A stretch of DNA of 64,000 nt from a bacterium (GCA_025774245.1 JALGWI010000012.1:10230-74229); one strand, 5' to 3'; shown: positions 18,537 to 27,437, counted from the first letter of the stretch. Notes: a model not told the origin generated them from the sequence alone. Numbers and translations: made by a program.

Positions 18537-20564
18537 CTAGCTGCCGCTCACCCAGCACGTGTCTCCGCCGACGGGCGCTCCCGTCTTGCTGAAGAGCACG
18601 GTCTGGCCGGCGATGTTCGCGCCTATGAAGTCGCCGGTGTCGATGAAGGTCACCTCGGGCATCGCCGTCACGCTCGATGCGCACGCGTACAGAACGGTGA
18701 GGAAGACGTGTTCGTTCGCGTTCGTCGCCGGCGACACCTCGATCCGCCACGCGCCGGCGTCGCTGGCCGGCGATCCGGACGGTGCGTAGTTCACGCCGTT
18801 CACGTCGAACTCGTGGCCCGGCCCTCCGACCTTGACGGTCTGGATCTGCTCCGGCAGGAGCGTCCTCACGAAGAGCTTCGAGCCGCCCTGCGTGATGACG
18901 GCGGTGTCGCCCGAGACCGACGGTTCTGCGATCGAGTGCAGCAGCCAGCGCTTCTTGTAGTTCGGGGAGTTCGCCGTCACCCGGTCGAGAACGACGAAGA
19001 AGTCCGGTTTGAGCCAGACGAACTCCCGCGTGAAGTTGCTGACCTTCGCGGACGAGTAGGACTTCGTCGCGTCGCCCTTGACGTAGGTGAAGGTCTCCGT
19101 GTCCTTGAACGGCATGACGATCTCGCCGCGGTCGTACTGCGGCTGCGACGCCTGCCCGCAGTACCTCGGGCTCCCGTAGTTGATGGGCGTCTTCTGCCCG
19201 CCGTCGTTGGAGAAGCTCCCGAACGTCCCCTCGCTCGGGTCGTAGACGGTGATCGTGTTGTGCGCGATCGTGCGCGTGAAGTAGTTGCGGTGGTGCGAGC
19301 TGCCGTAGGCGTCGTAGTCGCCCGAGTCGATCGCGAGGACGTCCCTCCCCCGCGCGATCATGAAGTGGTTCTGGTGCGCGTGGGTGTGGTAGGCCGGCAT
19401 CCCCTCGCAGCGGAAGACCGCGTAGATGTCGGTGCTCCCCGTCGAGATGTCCCAGCCGGAACGCATGTAGACCATGCCGACCGAATCGAAGAGCGCCGAG
19501 CTGACCTCGCCGTAGACCGCGGAGGGGTGCACCGACGCGAGGTTCGGGTCGCGCCAGATGATCTTCCTCCAGCGTTCGAACGAGTTGATGTAGCCGCCGG
19601 CCTGCTCCTCGATCTCGTCGCCCATCCACTGCGCCGTGCCGTCGCGGTACTTGTTCGCGAGGTCGTAGAGCGCGAGCCGCATCTCCGCCGAGCCGGTCGA
19701 GTGGGCGCCCGTGTCGCCCTGCTTGGAGCCGACGCAGCTCGATCCCCTGCTGGGTCCCACCTCGTGGACGAGGTAGCGCGACATGTTCTGGTAGTTCGTC
19801 GACAGGCTGAACGGGTCGTCGTTGGTCGCCGAGTCCCAGAGGTCCATCCCCATGCGGTTGCCGGTGCAGAGGATCGTGATGTTGTACCCGCCCTCGTAGA
19901 AGCCGCCGTCGCCGGCGATCTCCTGGAGGCAGCAGAGCATGTGGCTCGGGCCGAACTGGTGGGAGTAGAACGTGTCGACGGCGGCGGTCGCGCTCGAATT
20001 CGCGACGCCGTCGCCGTAGATCGACAGGCCCGCGAACGGCAGCCGGGCGATCCTTCCCACCTTGTGGTGGTAGTTGTCGGTCAGCCAGTAGTGCGTGCCG
20101 ATCCCCATTTCGTTGGCGGTCCACTCCGCGCCGTCGCCGATCCCCGCGCCGTACTTCTGGCGCTCCGCCGGCGTCAGCGCGTCGTAGCACCAGTCGTAGA
20201 AGAGCCCGCCGCCGACGAGCCAGTCCACGGATCTGGTGTTGCCGTTGTCGACGACGTAGTCAGCGATCTCCTTCGCTCGGTTCAGGTACCGCGTGTCCTG
20301 GCTCATGAGGTAGACGAAGGCGTTCGCTGGAAGGTGCCACTGGAGGTTCACCGACGGCGAGCCGCCGAGGCCTCCGTCGCACCAGTTCTTCATGGCGTTG
20401 TAGTCGGACGAGTAGATGCCCGTGCACCTCGAACGGAGCTCGGACACGTCCTCGGGCCGGAAGAGCATCCGTGGATGCCCCGGCCTCACCTGGTATCCAC
20501 TGGCGGTTCCGACGACGACCGTCACGATGACGGCGGCGAGCACGAGTGCGGTTGTCAGTCTCAT
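18537..20564 (-). CDS. secreted heparinase II/III-like (alginate-lyase-like N-domain) polysaccharide lyase
   Basis: Internal ATG at 20564 is preceded by AAGGAGAG. Signal peptide MRLTTALVLAAVIVTVVVGTASG. His-rich block MPAYHTHAHQNHFMI and NTITVYDP/DGGQ blocks resemble the Hepar_II_III family. The upstream 44 codons of the track ORF overlap the preceding gene. Confidence 0.6.
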   Translation of the reverse strand: MRLTTALVLAAVIVTVVVGTASGYQVRPGHPRMLFRPEDVSELRSRCTGIYSSDYNAMKNWCDGGLGGSPSVNLQWHLPANAFVYLMSQDTRYLNRAKEIADYVVDNGNTRSVDWLVGGGLFYDWCYDALTPAERQKYGAGIGDGAEWTANEMGIGTHYWLTDNYHHKVGRIARLPFAGLSIYGDGVANSSATAAVDTFYSHQFGPSHMLCCLQEIAGDGGFYEGGYNITILCTGNRMGMDLWDSATNDDPFSLSTNYQNMSRYLVHEVGPSRGSSCVGSKQGDTGAHSTGSAEMRLALYDLANKYRDGTAQWMGDEIEEQAGGYINSFERWRKIIWRDPNLASVHPSAVYGEVSSALFDSVGMVYMRSGWDISTGSTDIYAVFRCEGMPAYHTHAHQNHFMIARGRDVLAIDSGDYDAYGSSHHRNYFTRTIAHNTITVYDPSEGTFGSFSNDGGQKTPINYGSPRYCGQASQPQYDRGEIVMPFKDTETFTYVKGDATKSYSSAKVSNFTREFVWLKPDFFVVLDRVTANSPNYKKRWLLHSIAEPSVSGDTAVITQGGSKLFVRTLLPEQIQTVKVGGPGHEFDVNGVNYAPSGSPASDAGAWRIEVSPATNANEHVFLTVLYACASSVTAMPEVTFIDTGDFIGANIAGQTVLFSKTGAPVGGDTCWVSGS

Positions 20565-20568
20565 GATG

Positions 20569-22059
20569 TCAACTCTCCTTTGCGCCTGCGAGCGCTGTGT
20601 CGGATCGCTCGAAGTAGATGTACCTGTCCACGAGTCCCGCAACGAAGAAGTACGTTCCGGCGATCGACATGTGCAGGAACCTCTGTCCGAACGCATTTGC
20701 CACGAGGAGCGCGGCGGTCCCGCCGAGGAACCCGAGGGCGAGCCCCCGTCCCATCCGGTCGGTCGCCTCGCGGGAGAGGTCGAAGCCGCTCCGCACGCAC
20801 GAGACGAGGAGCCAGGCGAGCGCGGCGATGCCGATGAGGCCCGCCTCCCCGATCGTCGCCACGTAGAGGCTGTGCGCGGAGAACGAACGGCCGATCTTGT
20901 CGAGGGTCAGAAACGGGATCGTCGCGTACCCCATCCCCCAGATCGGCTGGTGCTTGAACTCGCTCAACACGATGCCCCAGATCTTGAGTCTGACGGCCGC
21001 CGACGGATCGAGCCGGTCGGTCGGGTCGCCGTACATCTGGGCCTCGAGCGTGTCGACCCTCGTCTCCGCCATTCGGTCCTTCACGAACGAGGGCGCCCAG
21101 ATCGGACTCAGGGCGAGGACGACGAGGAAGAACACGAACGCCTTCCTGCTCGTCTGGAACGTGAGGACCGCGAAGCCGCACACGAAGGCCACGATGGCCC
21201 CCCTCGATTTCGGCAGGAAGGTCCCGAGCGTCGCGAGCGCGGTCGCGAGGTACAGCGTGAGCCGCTTGACGAGCGAGATACCGCCGAAGGCAATGAAGAG
21301 GCCGGCGAACATGAGCGCGCACATCGCGAAGTAGGCCCCGGTGTCGTTGACGTCTCCGAGCGTGCCGATCACGCGGCGATGCGCGGGGAAGAAGATGAAC
21401 TGCCTGACGGTGATGAGCGCGGAGAAGATGCACCCGAGGCCGAGCGAGACCACGAGGTTCTTCACCTGCCCCCTGTTCACGACGGTGTTCACGACGACGT
21501 AGTAGACCAGGAGTCCGAGAACGCTGTTCCAGAGGGCCTTCAGAAGTCCGATCGCCGGGTAGCCCCCTCCAGCCGGGGGAAACGCCCACGCCCTTCCCAG
21601 CGAGAAGTAGAGCGCCGCGATGAAGACGGCGAGCGGCCAGGAGATCCTCGTCTTGATGAAGAGCTTCTTGTGCCTGAGGATGCGCGGAAAGACCCAGCTC
21701 GCCACGAGCATCATCAGGATCAGGTTCGGTCCGTTCACGCCGGGGATGCCCGTCACCGGCAGGTAGTCCCCCAGCGGCATCGCGATGACCCACGCGTGGA
21801 GCGCCACGTACGGCTTGAAGAAGGCGACGATGAAGATGGTGAGCCCGATCAGGATCTTGATGATCCTGTGCGAGGCCTGGCCGTACGTGTAGTGCAGCTG
21901 CAGGATCGCGAACGCCATCGCGAGCGCGGCGAGCCCGGCGAGGACGTAGAGCGCCCACGCGTAGCTGTAGTGCGGCAGCTCGCTCTGCGGCGGCACAGAC
22001 GGCGGAGGAGGCGGAGGCGCCTTCCCGTCGACCATTCTCTGGTGTCTCTCTTCGGCCAT
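20569..22059 (-). CDS. O-antigen ligase / Wzy-like polymerase family membrane protein
   Basis: 496 aa with about 10-12 TM segments. A large loop carries the Wzy_C-like region (KSRGAIVAFVCGF..., SAHSLYVATIGEAGLIG). GAGGAAGG precedes the ATG. Confidence 0.7.
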   Translation of the reverse strand: MAEERHQRMVDGKAPPPPPPSVPPQSELPHYSYAWALYVLAGLAALAMAFAILQLHYTYGQASHRIIKILIGLTIFIVAFFKPYVALHAWVIAMPLGDYLPVTGIPGVNGPNLILMMLVASWVFPRILRHKKLFIKTRISWPLAVFIAALYFSLGRAWAFPPAGGGYPAIGLLKALWNSVLGLLVYYVVVNTVVNRGQVKNLVVSLGLGCIFSALITVRQFIFFPAHRRVIGTLGDVNDTGAYFAMCALMFAGLFIAFGGISLVKRLTLYLATALATLGTFLPKSRGAIVAFVCGFAVLTFQTSRKAFVFFLVVLALSPIWAPSFVKDRMAETRVDTLEAQMYGDPTDRLDPSAAVRLKIWGIVLSEFKHQPIWGMGYATIPFLTLDKIGRSFSAHSLYVATIGEAGLIGIAALAWLLVSCVRSGFDLSREATDRMGRGLALGFLGGTAALLVANAFGQRFLHMSIAGTYFFVAGLVDRYIYFERSDTALAGAKES

Positions 22060-22136
22060 CGACCTTCCTCGAACTCAGACACAAACGCCGGGAATCCCGG
22101 CATCACGACGCGCGCACCTCGGGATCACCAGCGGTG

Positions 22137-22496
22137 TCAGCTCCGCGATATCACGACGACACCGGCCACGATGATCGCGAGGCCGGCGACCCTCAGTCCC
22201 GAGATGTGCTCGCCCAGGAGCAGCCAGGACGCGATGAACACGATGACGTAGGCCACGGCCACCATCGGGTAGGCCAGGCTCAGGTCCACGTTGGAGACGA
22301 CGGCGATCCACAGGACGGCGCTCACCGCGTAGCACAGAAGCCCCAGCGACACCTGGGGCACCTTGAGAATGGGGACGAGCTGCCCCCACACGCTCCCGGC
22401 CGAGACCTGTCCGTAGATCATCATCCCCTTCTTCATGATGATCTGTCCGATGGCCCCCAGCGTCACGGCCATGATGATGAGCGGGATTCCCTTCAT
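22137..22496 (-). CDS. small 4-TM EamA/DMT-superfamily protein (ArnE/ArnF-like)
   Basis: 119 aa. MKGIPLIIMAVTLGAIGQIIMKKG...LAYPMVAVAYVIVFIASWLLLGEHIS...IIVAGVVVISRS is the typical single-EamA half-transporter pattern. GGGAGGAG precedes the ATG. Confidence 0.65.
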   Translation of the reverse strand: MKGIPLIIMAVTLGAIGQIIMKKGMMIYGQVSAGSVWGQLVPILKVPQVSLGLLCYAVSAVLWIAVVSNVDLSLAYPMVAVAYVIVFIASWLLLGEHISGLRVAGLAIIVAGVVVISRS

Positions 22497-22547
22497 GAGG
22501 CTCCTCCCGGGCGAAGGCGCCGCGGTCGCCCGCGGCGGGGCCGCGCC

Positions 22548-24782
22548 CTACTCCTCCTCGAGCTCGCAGGTATCGGTGGTGTAACCGTAGTATCGGTAGT
22601 CGTAGTAGTACGGGAGCACGCGCTCCAGGTTGTTGACGACGACCCCCAGAACGTTGCCCTTCTCCTCCATCTGGAGCTGGACGCCGCGCATCGCGACCTC
22701 CCGCGGCGTCACGCCGGCCTTCATGACCATCACCACGCCCTCGACCGCGCCGCCCATGATCATCGCGTCCGGGACGGGCAGGTTCGGCGCCGTGTCGAAG
22801 ATCACGTGGTCGAAGCTCGCCAGGAGCTCGGTCATGACGCGCGAGCCAGGGAACGACTCCAGGAGCCACGTCGGCTGCTTGCGCCGCGTCCCGCACGGAA
22901 GCACGAAGAGGTTGGGAAGCGCCGTCGGCTTGATGTCGGTACCCAGGAGGTTGCCCCGCTCGAGCGCGTCCGCGAGCCCCGGCCTCGACGCCACCGCCAT
23001 GATCTGGTGGATGCGCGGCTTTCTGAGGTCGCAGTCGACGAGCACGGTCCTCTTGCCGTAGTGCTTGGCGAGCGTGATCGCGAGGCACGCCGCCGCGGAG
23101 GTCTTCCCCTCGCCGCGGTTCGCGCTCGTCACCATGATCGACTTCGGAATGACGCACGAAGCCCCCTGGGCCAGCTTCCTCGCCAGCCTCCTGAACTCGA
23201 ACGAGACGGCGGTCTCCCTCACCATGTGGCTCACGAGCGCTGAGTTCCCGTCGGTCGACTGCTGGCCGCTTCGCCGCGCCTGCTTCTCGAGCGACGCGAT
23301 CGTGCGGAAGATGTCCGCGCTCGGAACGGTGGCGAGCACCGGAACGCCCAGGATCCTCTGGATGTCCTCGATGTCCTTCAGCGACGTGTCCGACTGCTCG
23401 GACACGAGGACCGCCGCGAGGCCGACGACGAGACCTCCGAAGAGCGACAGCACCATGATCATGAGCTTGTCGGGCGCCACCGGCGCCGACGGTCGAATCG
23501 GGGGCTCGATGATCTCGAACCTCCCGCCGGCCTGCGCCGCCTCGAGCGCTTCGGTGATCTGTCCGGCCGCGGTCTGCTGCAGGAACGTCTCGTAGAGGGC
23601 CCGGTTGCTCTCCACCTCCTGCTCGAGTCGATCGATCTCGAGCGCCTCCCCCGCGGCGCTCGCGCGGCCCCTCGTGTAGTTCCACATGTACTGGTTGAGC
23701 ACCCGGTGGCGCTCCTCGATCATCCTCGCCTCCACCTCCGCGGCCTTGTACTGGGCGAATGCCTCGCGGACCGCCGTACCCGCTCCGGGCAGGGTCTGCG
23801 TGACGAGGCTCCGAGCCTCGTCCCTGAGCTCGCCCTTCAGGTCGGCGACGCCGACGTAGAGCGTCGTGAGCTCCGCGCCCTGCCCCGTCGTCCGGACCAG
23901 CACCGACGCCACCTCCCTCTCGTACTGCACGAGCTGGTCGGCCGTGCCCGTGAGCTCCGTCGACTGGAGCTCGGCGAGGATCGAGTAATCCCCTCCGGCG
24001 ACTCGCTGAAGCGCCGTGCGCCTGTCGGCAAGTTCCTCGATCGCCTGTCCCTTCTCGATCGACGCCTGGCTGATGAGGATGTCCGCCCGGTGGACGTTCG
24101 TCTCGCTGATCGGGTTCTCGCCGATGCCGTTCGACACCCTGGTCTCCTGGTACTCCCTGAGCCGCCTCTCCGCGTCCGTGAGCTTCTGCTTGTAGATGAC
24201 GAGCTGCTCGATGCTGAAGTCGTGCACCGCGCGGATGTCCTCGAGCTGCTCGCGGTTCGACGCGCTCACGATCGCGTTCGTGATGTGCTGAGCGAGGAGC
24301 ATCGCGCGGTCCGCGTCGGTGTCGCGGACGATGATGTAGAACGCGTCGGTCCTCGACCTCGAGACGGAGATCCGCCTCTGGAGGCCGTCGACCGCCTTCT
24401 GCTCCGCCAGATCCTCGACAGTGAGATTCGGGTTGTCGGCCCGCGCCTCCTCCGCCCACGCCACCAGGCCCGGGCTCTCGGCGAGCCCCAGCGTGCGGAC
24501 GAGCTCGACCAGAAACGCCCTGCTCTTCACGCGTTCCTGGAGCCTGGTGAGCTGCTCCTCGATCGGCGATCGGCCGATGATCCGCGCGAGCGGCTCGGAG
24601 AGCCGCTCCTGCATCCTCGTGACGATGGTGCTCTTCGCCTCGTAGACCGGCGAGAGCGTCATCGAGACCGCCGTACCTGCGGCCGTGGCGACGACCACCG
24701 GAATCACCAGCAGCCACTTCCTCCGCCAGATGGCCTTCACGAACGATCTGATGTCGATCGACTTCGTTTCCTGCTCAGGCAT
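22548..24782 (-). CDS. polysaccharide co-polymerase with C-terminal BY-kinase domain (Wzc/GumC-EpsG-like tyrosine autokinase)
   Basis: 744 aa. Wzz-type N-terminus (FVKAIWRRKWLLVIPV...SPVYEAKS), long coiled-coil region and a second TM segment. Walker A VTSANRGEGKTS, Walker B-like VIFDTAP. C-terminal Tyr cluster YYYDYRYYGY. Confidence 0.85.
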   Translation of the reverse strand: MPEQETKSIDIRSFVKAIWRRKWLLVIPVVVATAAGTAVSMTLSPVYEAKSTIVTRMQERLSEPLARIIGRSPIEEQLTRLQERVKSRAFLVELVRTLGLAESPGLVAWAEEARADNPNLTVEDLAEQKAVDGLQRRISVSRSRTDAFYIIVRDTDADRAMLLAQHITNAIVSASNREQLEDIRAVHDFSIEQLVIYKQKLTDAERRLREYQETRVSNGIGENPISETNVHRADILISQASIEKGQAIEELADRRTALQRVAGGDYSILAELQSTELTGTADQLVQYEREVASVLVRTTGQGAELTTLYVGVADLKGELRDEARSLVTQTLPGAGTAVREAFAQYKAAEVEARMIEERHRVLNQYMWNYTRGRASAAGEALEIDRLEQEVESNRALYETFLQQTAAGQITEALEAAQAGGRFEIIEPPIRPSAPVAPDKLMIMVLSLFGGLVVGLAAVLVSEQSDTSLKDIEDIQRILGVPVLATVPSADIFRTIASLEKQARRSGQQSTDGNSALVSHMVRETAVSFEFRRLARKLAQGASCVIPKSIMVTSANRGEGKTSAAACLAITLAKHYGKRTVLVDCDLRKPRIHQIMAVASRPGLADALERGNLLGTDIKPTALPNLFVLPCGTRRKQPTWLLESFPGSRVMTELLASFDHVIFDTAPNLPVPDAMIMGGAVEGVVMVMKAGVTPREVAMRGVQLQMEEKGNVLGVVVNNLERVLPYYYDYRYYGYTTDTCELEEE

Positions 24783-24870
24783 TTCCCCCCCGTGGTACTG
24801 AGGTCCTAACTTCCGGTCGATTGCTTCGGGTGTCTGTTCTCGTTACTTCCGGAGCGTCCCTCGGGGCCCG

Positions 24871-25893
24871 CTACGGATTCGCTTGCGCCGCATCCACGCG
24901 AAGCGCGTTGCGCACGTCGCGGTCGTCGATCTCGCGCCCGATGGCGAGATAGACGAGGTAGGCCGTCATCACGTCGGTCGCCGCCGTCAGGATCGCGCTG
25001 GCGGCGTTCCAGAACCTCCCCCCGAGCTCGTTCTGCATCGACGGGACGTAGACCCGGTCGCCCGACCGGAGATAGAACGGCTCCGCCGTGCCGCGATCGA
25101 TCACCCTCTTGAGATCGACCCGCGCAGCGGCGTGCGTCTCTCCGCCGTCCATGACGACCGAGACTCTGTCGAGCCGCGCGTCGACCGTCGTGCCGCCTGC
25201 GAGGGCCAGGATCTGGAGGAGGTCGACCCGCTCGGAGACGGGGAAGGCGCCGGGCAGGTTCACCTCGCCGAAGACGTAGACCATGCCGGGACCCGCGAGG
25301 GCGCCGATGGCGATGAGCGACGGCACCTCGATCGTGTCGCCTGGCATGAGCTGCGGGAGCGGCGTCGTTCGCTGCCCGCGCATGTACGCGCCGAGATCGA
25401 CGTTGATGATCTCCGGCCCGCCCATCGAGGGACGCATGATCGAGACCGACGAAAGGTCGGCTCCCGGCAGCGGACCTCCCGCCATGCTCATGAGCTGGAG
25501 GATGTCGGGAATCGCCTCGAAGCTGTACCTCCCGGGCGACATCACCTGCCCCGTGAGGAAGACGGCGCGGCTGTTGAACTGCTCGACCGACACCGTGACC
25601 TGTGTGGTCTCGCGCGTGTAGTCGCGGAGCCTGAGGACGATCTCCCTCGAGAGTGCCGTCGGCGTCAGGCCCGCCGCGTTGATCTCCCCGACCGGCGGGA
25701 ACGTGATCGCGCCGTTCGAGTTCACCGTGACGTCCCTGTCGAGGTCCGCGTGACGCCACACGGAGATCCTCACGAGATCGCCGGCTCCGATCGTGTACTC
25801 GACGCCCTGCTGCTGAGCCGGGATGCCGGGCGCGATGAGCGACACGGTGAGGAACGCGACGAGAGCGGTCGAGACAGTCTTCCTGGTTGACAT
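24871..25893 (-). CDS. polysaccharide export protein (Wza-like: Poly_export plus SLBB domains)
   Basis: MSTRKTVSTALVAFLTVSLIAPGIPA signal peptide. YTIGAGDLVRISVW, NGAITFPPVGEINAAGLTPTAL, and SLBB-like repeats (GEVNLPGAFPV, GDRVYVP). I prefer the ATG at 25893 (GGGGGGA upstream). The track start at 25917 is also possible. Confidence 0.8.
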   Translation of the reverse strand: MSTRKTVSTALVAFLTVSLIAPGIPAQQQGVEYTIGAGDLVRISVWRHADLDRDVTVNSNGAITFPPVGEINAAGLTPTALSREIVLRLRDYTRETTQVTVSVEQFNSRAVFLTGQVMSPGRYSFEAIPDILQLMSMAGGPLPGADLSSVSIMRPSMGGPEIINVDLGAYMRGQRTTPLPQLMPGDTIEVPSLIAIGALAGPGMVYVFGEVNLPGAFPVSERVDLLQILALAGGTTVDARLDRVSVVMDGGETHAAARVDLKRVIDRGTAEPFYLRSGDRVYVPSMQNELGGRFWNAASAILTAATDVMTAYLVYLAIGREIDDRDVRNALRVDAAQANP

Positions 25894-26256
25894 GGGCTGA
25901 TCCCCCCCAGAGTCCAAACGGGCCGGACGTCACCGGCAACGCCGGCGGCATCCCGTTCGCTTTCGCAGTCTCATCGAGTGTCTTTGAAAACGGCTACGCG
26001 GCGCGTCCGCCCGAGGCACACGCCTCCGACGAAAAGCGCACCAAAATGGTTACCGTTTCTCGGAAAACGGGTCAACAGGAAACGACCAGAACTGTTGCCT
26101 TTTCCGACACCTCCCAGCGGGTCCGTGGCGGGTTGTCCGTCTAACGTGTTATCCTGCCACGTATTAGATGCACCGGCGCCCGGAGGCCCCGGTGACGGAA
26201 ACTGCCCTACCCGCGTCCGGGAATCGTACGAAATGACGTTCCCGGGGCGTGCGAAG

Positions 26257-26272
26257 TGCATCAGTTGTGCCA
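26257..26272 (-). promoter_or_regulatory. sigma-54 (RpoN) -24/-12 type promoter candidate for the EPS/exosortase operon
   Basis: Minus strand reads TGGCACAACTGATGCA, a perfect -24 TGGCAC. GG-N10-GC spacing is correct and the -12 element is ATGCA versus TTGCA. It lies 10 nt downstream of the ddl stop and ~365 nt upstream of the wza-like start, at the head of the only sizeable gap upstream of the operon. Confidence 0.55.
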
Positions 26273-26281
26273 GTGAGAGGC

Positions 26282-27334
26282 CTATTTCAGGGCCATCTTG
26301 ACGATTCTGTCAACCAGCCCGACGAAGTCGATGCCGTGAGCGGCGGCCGCCATGGGGACGAGGCTGACCGCCGTCATGCCGGGCACGGTGTTGGCCTCGA
26401 GGCAGAAGGCGCGATCGTCCGGGGTGACGCGGTAGTCCAGGCGGGCGTAGCCGCGACAACCGAGCGCGGCGAAGGCGGTGAGCGCGCTCGCCGCGAGCTC
26501 GGTGGCAAGCGCTGCGGGGATCTCCGCGGGACACGTGTAGGCGCTCATGCCCCTGGTGTACTTGCTCTCGTAGTCGTAGAGCCCGGACTTCGGAGCGATC
26601 TCGACCACGGGGAGCGCCTCTCCTCCGAGGACGGCGACCGTCATCTCGCGGCCGGGGATGTACGTCTCGACCAGGACGTGGCGCGAGTACTCCGCCGCGA
26701 GCCGGACAGCGGGGGCGATCTCCGCCTCCTCGCGCACGATCGTGAGCCCGACGGTCGAGCCCTGGTCGTTCGGCTTCACGACGACAGGAGGCCCTCCGAG
26801 GCGGCGCACCGCCTCCTCGGCGTCCCCGGGCGGGAGATCGTTCGGGAGCCACGGCGAGCCTCCCCGCGCGTCGGGGTCGCGCTCGCCCTCGAAGGAGACG
26901 ACCTGCCAGTCGGGCGTCGCGACGCCCGCGTCCCTGAGTACGATCTTCGAGGCGCGCTTGTCCATGGCGAGTGCGCAGGCGAGCACCCCGGAGCCGGTGT
27001 ACGGCTTCCCCGCGAGCTCCAGGAGCCCCTGGATCGTGCCGTCCTCCCCCGTCCCGCCGTGGAGCGCGACGAAGACCACGTCGGCCCCGCTGACGGCCTC
27101 GCCCGCGACGGCGCGAAGCGCGTTCCCTGCCTCCTCACGGATCGGCGGCGGCGTGGAACCGATGGCGGCGGCCTCTTCGGCCTCTCGCGGTCCGACGGCC
27201 TCGTCGCCGAAGGCCGGATCGACGAGGAGGATGTCGTGCCCGCCCTCCGCCAGCGCCAGACCGACGGCCCTTCCGGTGACGAGCGAGATGTCCCGCTCGG
27301 TCGAGGTTCCCCCGAGGAGCACAGCGATTCTCAC
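26282..27334 (-). CDS. ddl: D-alanine--D-alanine ligase
   Basis: RIAVLLGGTSTERDISLVTG..., ATP-grasp blocks (VVVKPNDQGSTVGL, EANTVPGMT). I prefer the second GTG (27334, MRIAVLLGG) because AAGGAGG then sits ~7 nt upstream. The track start is 27340. Confidence 0.9.
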   Translation of the reverse strand: MRIAVLLGGTSTERDISLVTGRAVGLALAEGGHDILLVDPAFGDEAVGPREAEEAAAIGSTPPPIREEAGNALRAVAGEAVSGADVVFVALHGGTGEDGTIQGLLELAGKPYTGSGVLACALAMDKRASKIVLRDAGVATPDWQVVSFEGERDPDARGGSPWLPNDLPPGDAEEAVRRLGGPPVVVKPNDQGSTVGLTIVREEAEIAPAVRLAAEYSRHVLVETYIPGREMTVAVLGGEALPVVEIAPKSGLYDYESKYTRGMSAYTCPAEIPAALATELAASALTAFAALGCRGYARLDYRVTPDDRAFCLEANTVPGMTAVSLVPMAAAAHGIDFVGLVDRIVKMALK

Positions 27335-27344
27335 CGACACGCCT

Positions 27345-27430
27345 CCTTGTTCATGCGTCCTGCTTCATGCGCCCGGTCCCGTGCGCACGGTTTCGCATCC
27401 TGCTTCGCGCACCGCTTCACGCACTGCTCC
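27345..27430. repeat. degenerate ~14-nt direct repeats plus a 12-bp palindrome in the gltX-ddl intergenic region
   Basis: Plus strand reads CTTGTTCATGCGTC, CTGCTTCATGCGCC, CTGCTTCGCGCACC, GCTTCACGCACT, with the palindrome CCGTGCGCACGG between copies 2 and 3. Confidence 0.4.
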
Positions 27431-27437
27431 GCCCGGC

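Noticed and set aside
22075-24717. 880-aa minus-strand ORF in another frame over the co-polymerase/tyrosine kinase gene
   Set aside because: Its composition is Arg/Gly/Ala/Pro-rich with no motifs. The overlapping frame at 22548-24782 carries Wzz, Walker A and Tyr-cluster signatures.
26047-26075. TTGACC hexamer (minus strand, 26075-26070) as a possible sigma-70 promoter for the EPS operon
   Set aside because: The hexamer 17 nt downstream reads TAACCA and lacks the invariant final T. Neighbouring spacings are no better. I kept only the sigma-54 candidate.
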